This document shows, in pieces, positions 62,232-64,000 of a stretch of DNA of 64,000 nt. The notes under the pieces are model-generated. The model had not been told where the DNA came from and ran no database searches. It saw nothing but the letters and a program-made list of their open reading frames with translations. Source of the stretch: Candidatus Eiseniibacteriota bacterium (GTDB lineage Bacteria; Eisenbacteria; RBG-16-71-46; CAZAMP01). Position 1 is the stretch's first letter, and each line of letters begins with the position of its first letter. A program made the position numbers and the translations under genes. The stretch spans positions 1 through 64,000 of the forward strand of contig OZ245046.1 in assembly GCA_965224245.1 (NCBI GenBank), read 5' to 3'.

Positions 62232-63605
62232 CTAGTCCGGCGAGATGTTCTGATTGAGGTGAAAGAGGTTGTCAGGATCGTAGGTCCGCTTGACCCGCAC
62301 CAGACGATCGTAGTTCTGGCGGTAGTTCTCCTTCACCCGAGCCTGATCGTCGTCGGCCATGAAGTTGACGTAGCCACCGCTCTCCGAGTAGGGGACGGTG
62401 CCGTCATAGTAGTCACGGACCCACTTGATGCGCGACGCATCCTTCGATGGATCCGTCCAGGCGGCGACGAAGACCGGCGCGAAGCTGGCGTCACGGTACG
62501 CGAACGCCGTGTCCTCGGTCCCGACCTCGTGGCAAGCGCCATCGATGGGGTAGAGGTGCATCGTTGCGGATACTTCCGGCACCCGGGGACCGTGCTCGAG
62601 ATGAACCGAGATCGCCTCGTCCGTCAGCGCGTTGACGAAGTTGCCCTTCCAGTAGCTACGGATTCCCTTGGGGAAGAGGGCGTCGAACGCCCCGTTGAGC
62701 GCCGGGTAGGGCATCGGGCCCACGGCGTGAGCGACCACCGGCGCCACGTCGAAGAACTTCTTGATGACCTTCTCACCCTGGTCGAGAGCCCCCGACCAGT
62801 GAACGACGGCAACACAGAACGTGTCGCCGTGCCGGTCCTCCGGGATGAACGGCAGCGGCGGGGCAATCTGCCACCCCGGGAAGCCACCGAACTCGCGTGG
62901 CGCGTTCTTGATGAAGTCGCGGAAGAACTCGAACACCTGCTTGGCGTCCCCGACCTCGTAGAAGATGGGGCCGGCATACACCATGTCGACGTCGTGCAGC
63001 TGATACTCGAAGGACGTGACGACGCCGAAGTTCCCACCACCCCCTCGCAGAGCCCAGAACAGATCCGCGTTCTCGTCCTTGCTCGCCACGACGGCCTTGC
63101 CGTCGGCGGTGACGACGTCGGCCGAGATCAGATTGTCGCAGGTGAGGCCGAACTGCCGGGTCAGATAGCCGATTCCGCCGCCCAGCGTCAGTCCGGCAAT
63201 GCCGGTCGTCGAGATGATCCCGCCCGTGGTCGCGAGACCGAACGCATGAGTTGCGGCGTTGAAGTCGCCCCACGTCGTGCCCCCGCCGGCCCTCGCGGTG
63301 CGGGTCTTCGGGTCGACGCGAACGCCGCGCATGGGCGAGAGGTCGATGACCATCCCGCCGTCGACCGTTCCGAAGCCCGGGGCACTGTGGCCGCCGCCGC
63401 GAACCGCGAGATCGAGCGAGTTCTCGCGCGCGAAGTTCACGCAGGCCATGACGTCGCTCACCTGTTCGGCTCGGACGATGACGCTCGGCTTGCGATCGAA
63501 GATGCCGTTGTGCACCTTGCGTGCGTCGTCATAGTCGGCGTCCGCGGACGTGACGACGCCCCCTCGCAACTGGGTTCGCAACTCGTCGAGTGTGAGCTTC
63601 GCCAT
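62232..63605 (-). CDS. FAD-linked oxidase (FAD_binding_4 + BBE domain, 6-hydroxy-D-nicotine oxidase-like)
   Basis: RGGGHS (covalent FAD His), GLTLGGGIG, LFWALRGGGGNFGVVT and YVNF...YDPDNLF. Confidence 0.95.
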   Translation of the reverse strand: MAKLTLDELRTQLRGGVVTSADADYDDARKVHNGIFDRKPSVIVRAEQVSDVMACVNFARENSLDLAVRGGGHSAPGFGTVDGGMVIDLSPMRGVRVDPKTRTARAGGGTTWGDFNAATHAFGLATTGGIISTTGIAGLTLGGGIGYLTRQFGLTCDNLISADVVTADGKAVVASKDENADLFWALRGGGGNFGVVTSFEYQLHDVDMVYAGPIFYEVGDAKQVFEFFRDFIKNAPREFGGFPGWQIAPPLPFIPEDRHGDTFCVAVVHWSGALDQGEKVIKKFFDVAPVVAHAVGPMPYPALNGAFDALFPKGIRSYWKGNFVNALTDEAISVHLEHGPRVPEVSATMHLYPIDGACHEVGTEDTAFAYRDASFAPVFVAAWTDPSKDASRIKWVRDYYDGTVPYSESGGYVNFMADDDQARVKENYRQNYDRLVRVKRTYDPDNLFHLNQNISPD

Positions 63606-64000
63606 CTCGCTTCTCCAGGGTAAGAGTAGGGCGTTGACATCGCGCGCGGGGACCGTGTCCCCCTGGGCTCGATAACGTGTCTTCGGCCCGGTGGATTCGC
63701 GCAATACGACGATGCGTGAGCGCCGGCCGGGCACGGGCAGCGCACCCGGTCACCATCGGGACAGCGCAACGTAAATCATACAGGCACCCCCGGTGTCAAA
63801 CCGCGATGGGTCCTGTCTGGGGGCGACGGGGCGGTCGAGTGGTGAGTTTCGAGCCGGAATCCTCCAAAAGACGGCCCACTCCTGCTGAAGCTGGTTACCC
63901 AGGGCCTGGAGCAGGTGGCGCTCCAGCCGTGCACCGCTCTCGCCTTCCGAGCGAAGTCCGAGCACGCCCGTGTGCGCCGGTCCGAGAGCTCACGGGGCTA

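Noticed and set aside
55791-63623. Long ORFs 55791-57362(-), 58914-60359(+) and 62130-63623(+)
   Set aside because: Antisense shadows of the STAND and FAD oxidase genes.
63750-64000. Possible 3' end of a minus-strand gene at the window edge
   Set aside because: Too short and featureless to support a call.

Overview
High-GC bacterial window with no rRNA, tRNA, CRISPR array or recognisable mobile element. It is dominated by a secreted/surface-protein repertoire. Nine proteins end in a FlgD-Ig-like, T9SS-type C-terminal domain (PNPF...WDGxD...GVY...K(L/M)xxxR), two end in a short (T/S)W(G/S)xIKxx(Y/F)R tail, and one ends in a dockerin-like double EF-hand. By inference this combination suggests an FCB-associated candidate phylum such as Eisenbacteria, Krumholzibacteriota or Latescibacterota. 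Cargo domains include VPS10/BNR, FG-GAP, YWTD, LVIVD and beta-helix repeats and an M6 metalloprotease. Metabolic and regulatory content includes a cytoplasmic molybdopterin oxidoreductase, a CDGSH-glutamate-synthase-like gene divergent from an HTH/beta-carbonic anhydrase/MFS unit, blaI plus an M56-serine hydrolase fusion with a perfect operator palindrome, a napD-napA-napB-porin operon and a BBE-type FAD oxidase. The two most unusual items are (i) a single-chain fusion of UbiV-like and UbiU-like U32 Fe-S domains (37295-39412) and (ii) a tail-to-tail pair of XRE-NB-ARC-TPR (NLR-like STAND) paralogs with near-identical DNA-binding domains and ungapped-alignable promoters, each facing away from a secreted-protein gene (53678-62101). 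At least three genes are split by single-base frameshifts, two of them at G8 tracts, which may be sequencing errors. All calls come from motif recognition by eye; no database searches were run.
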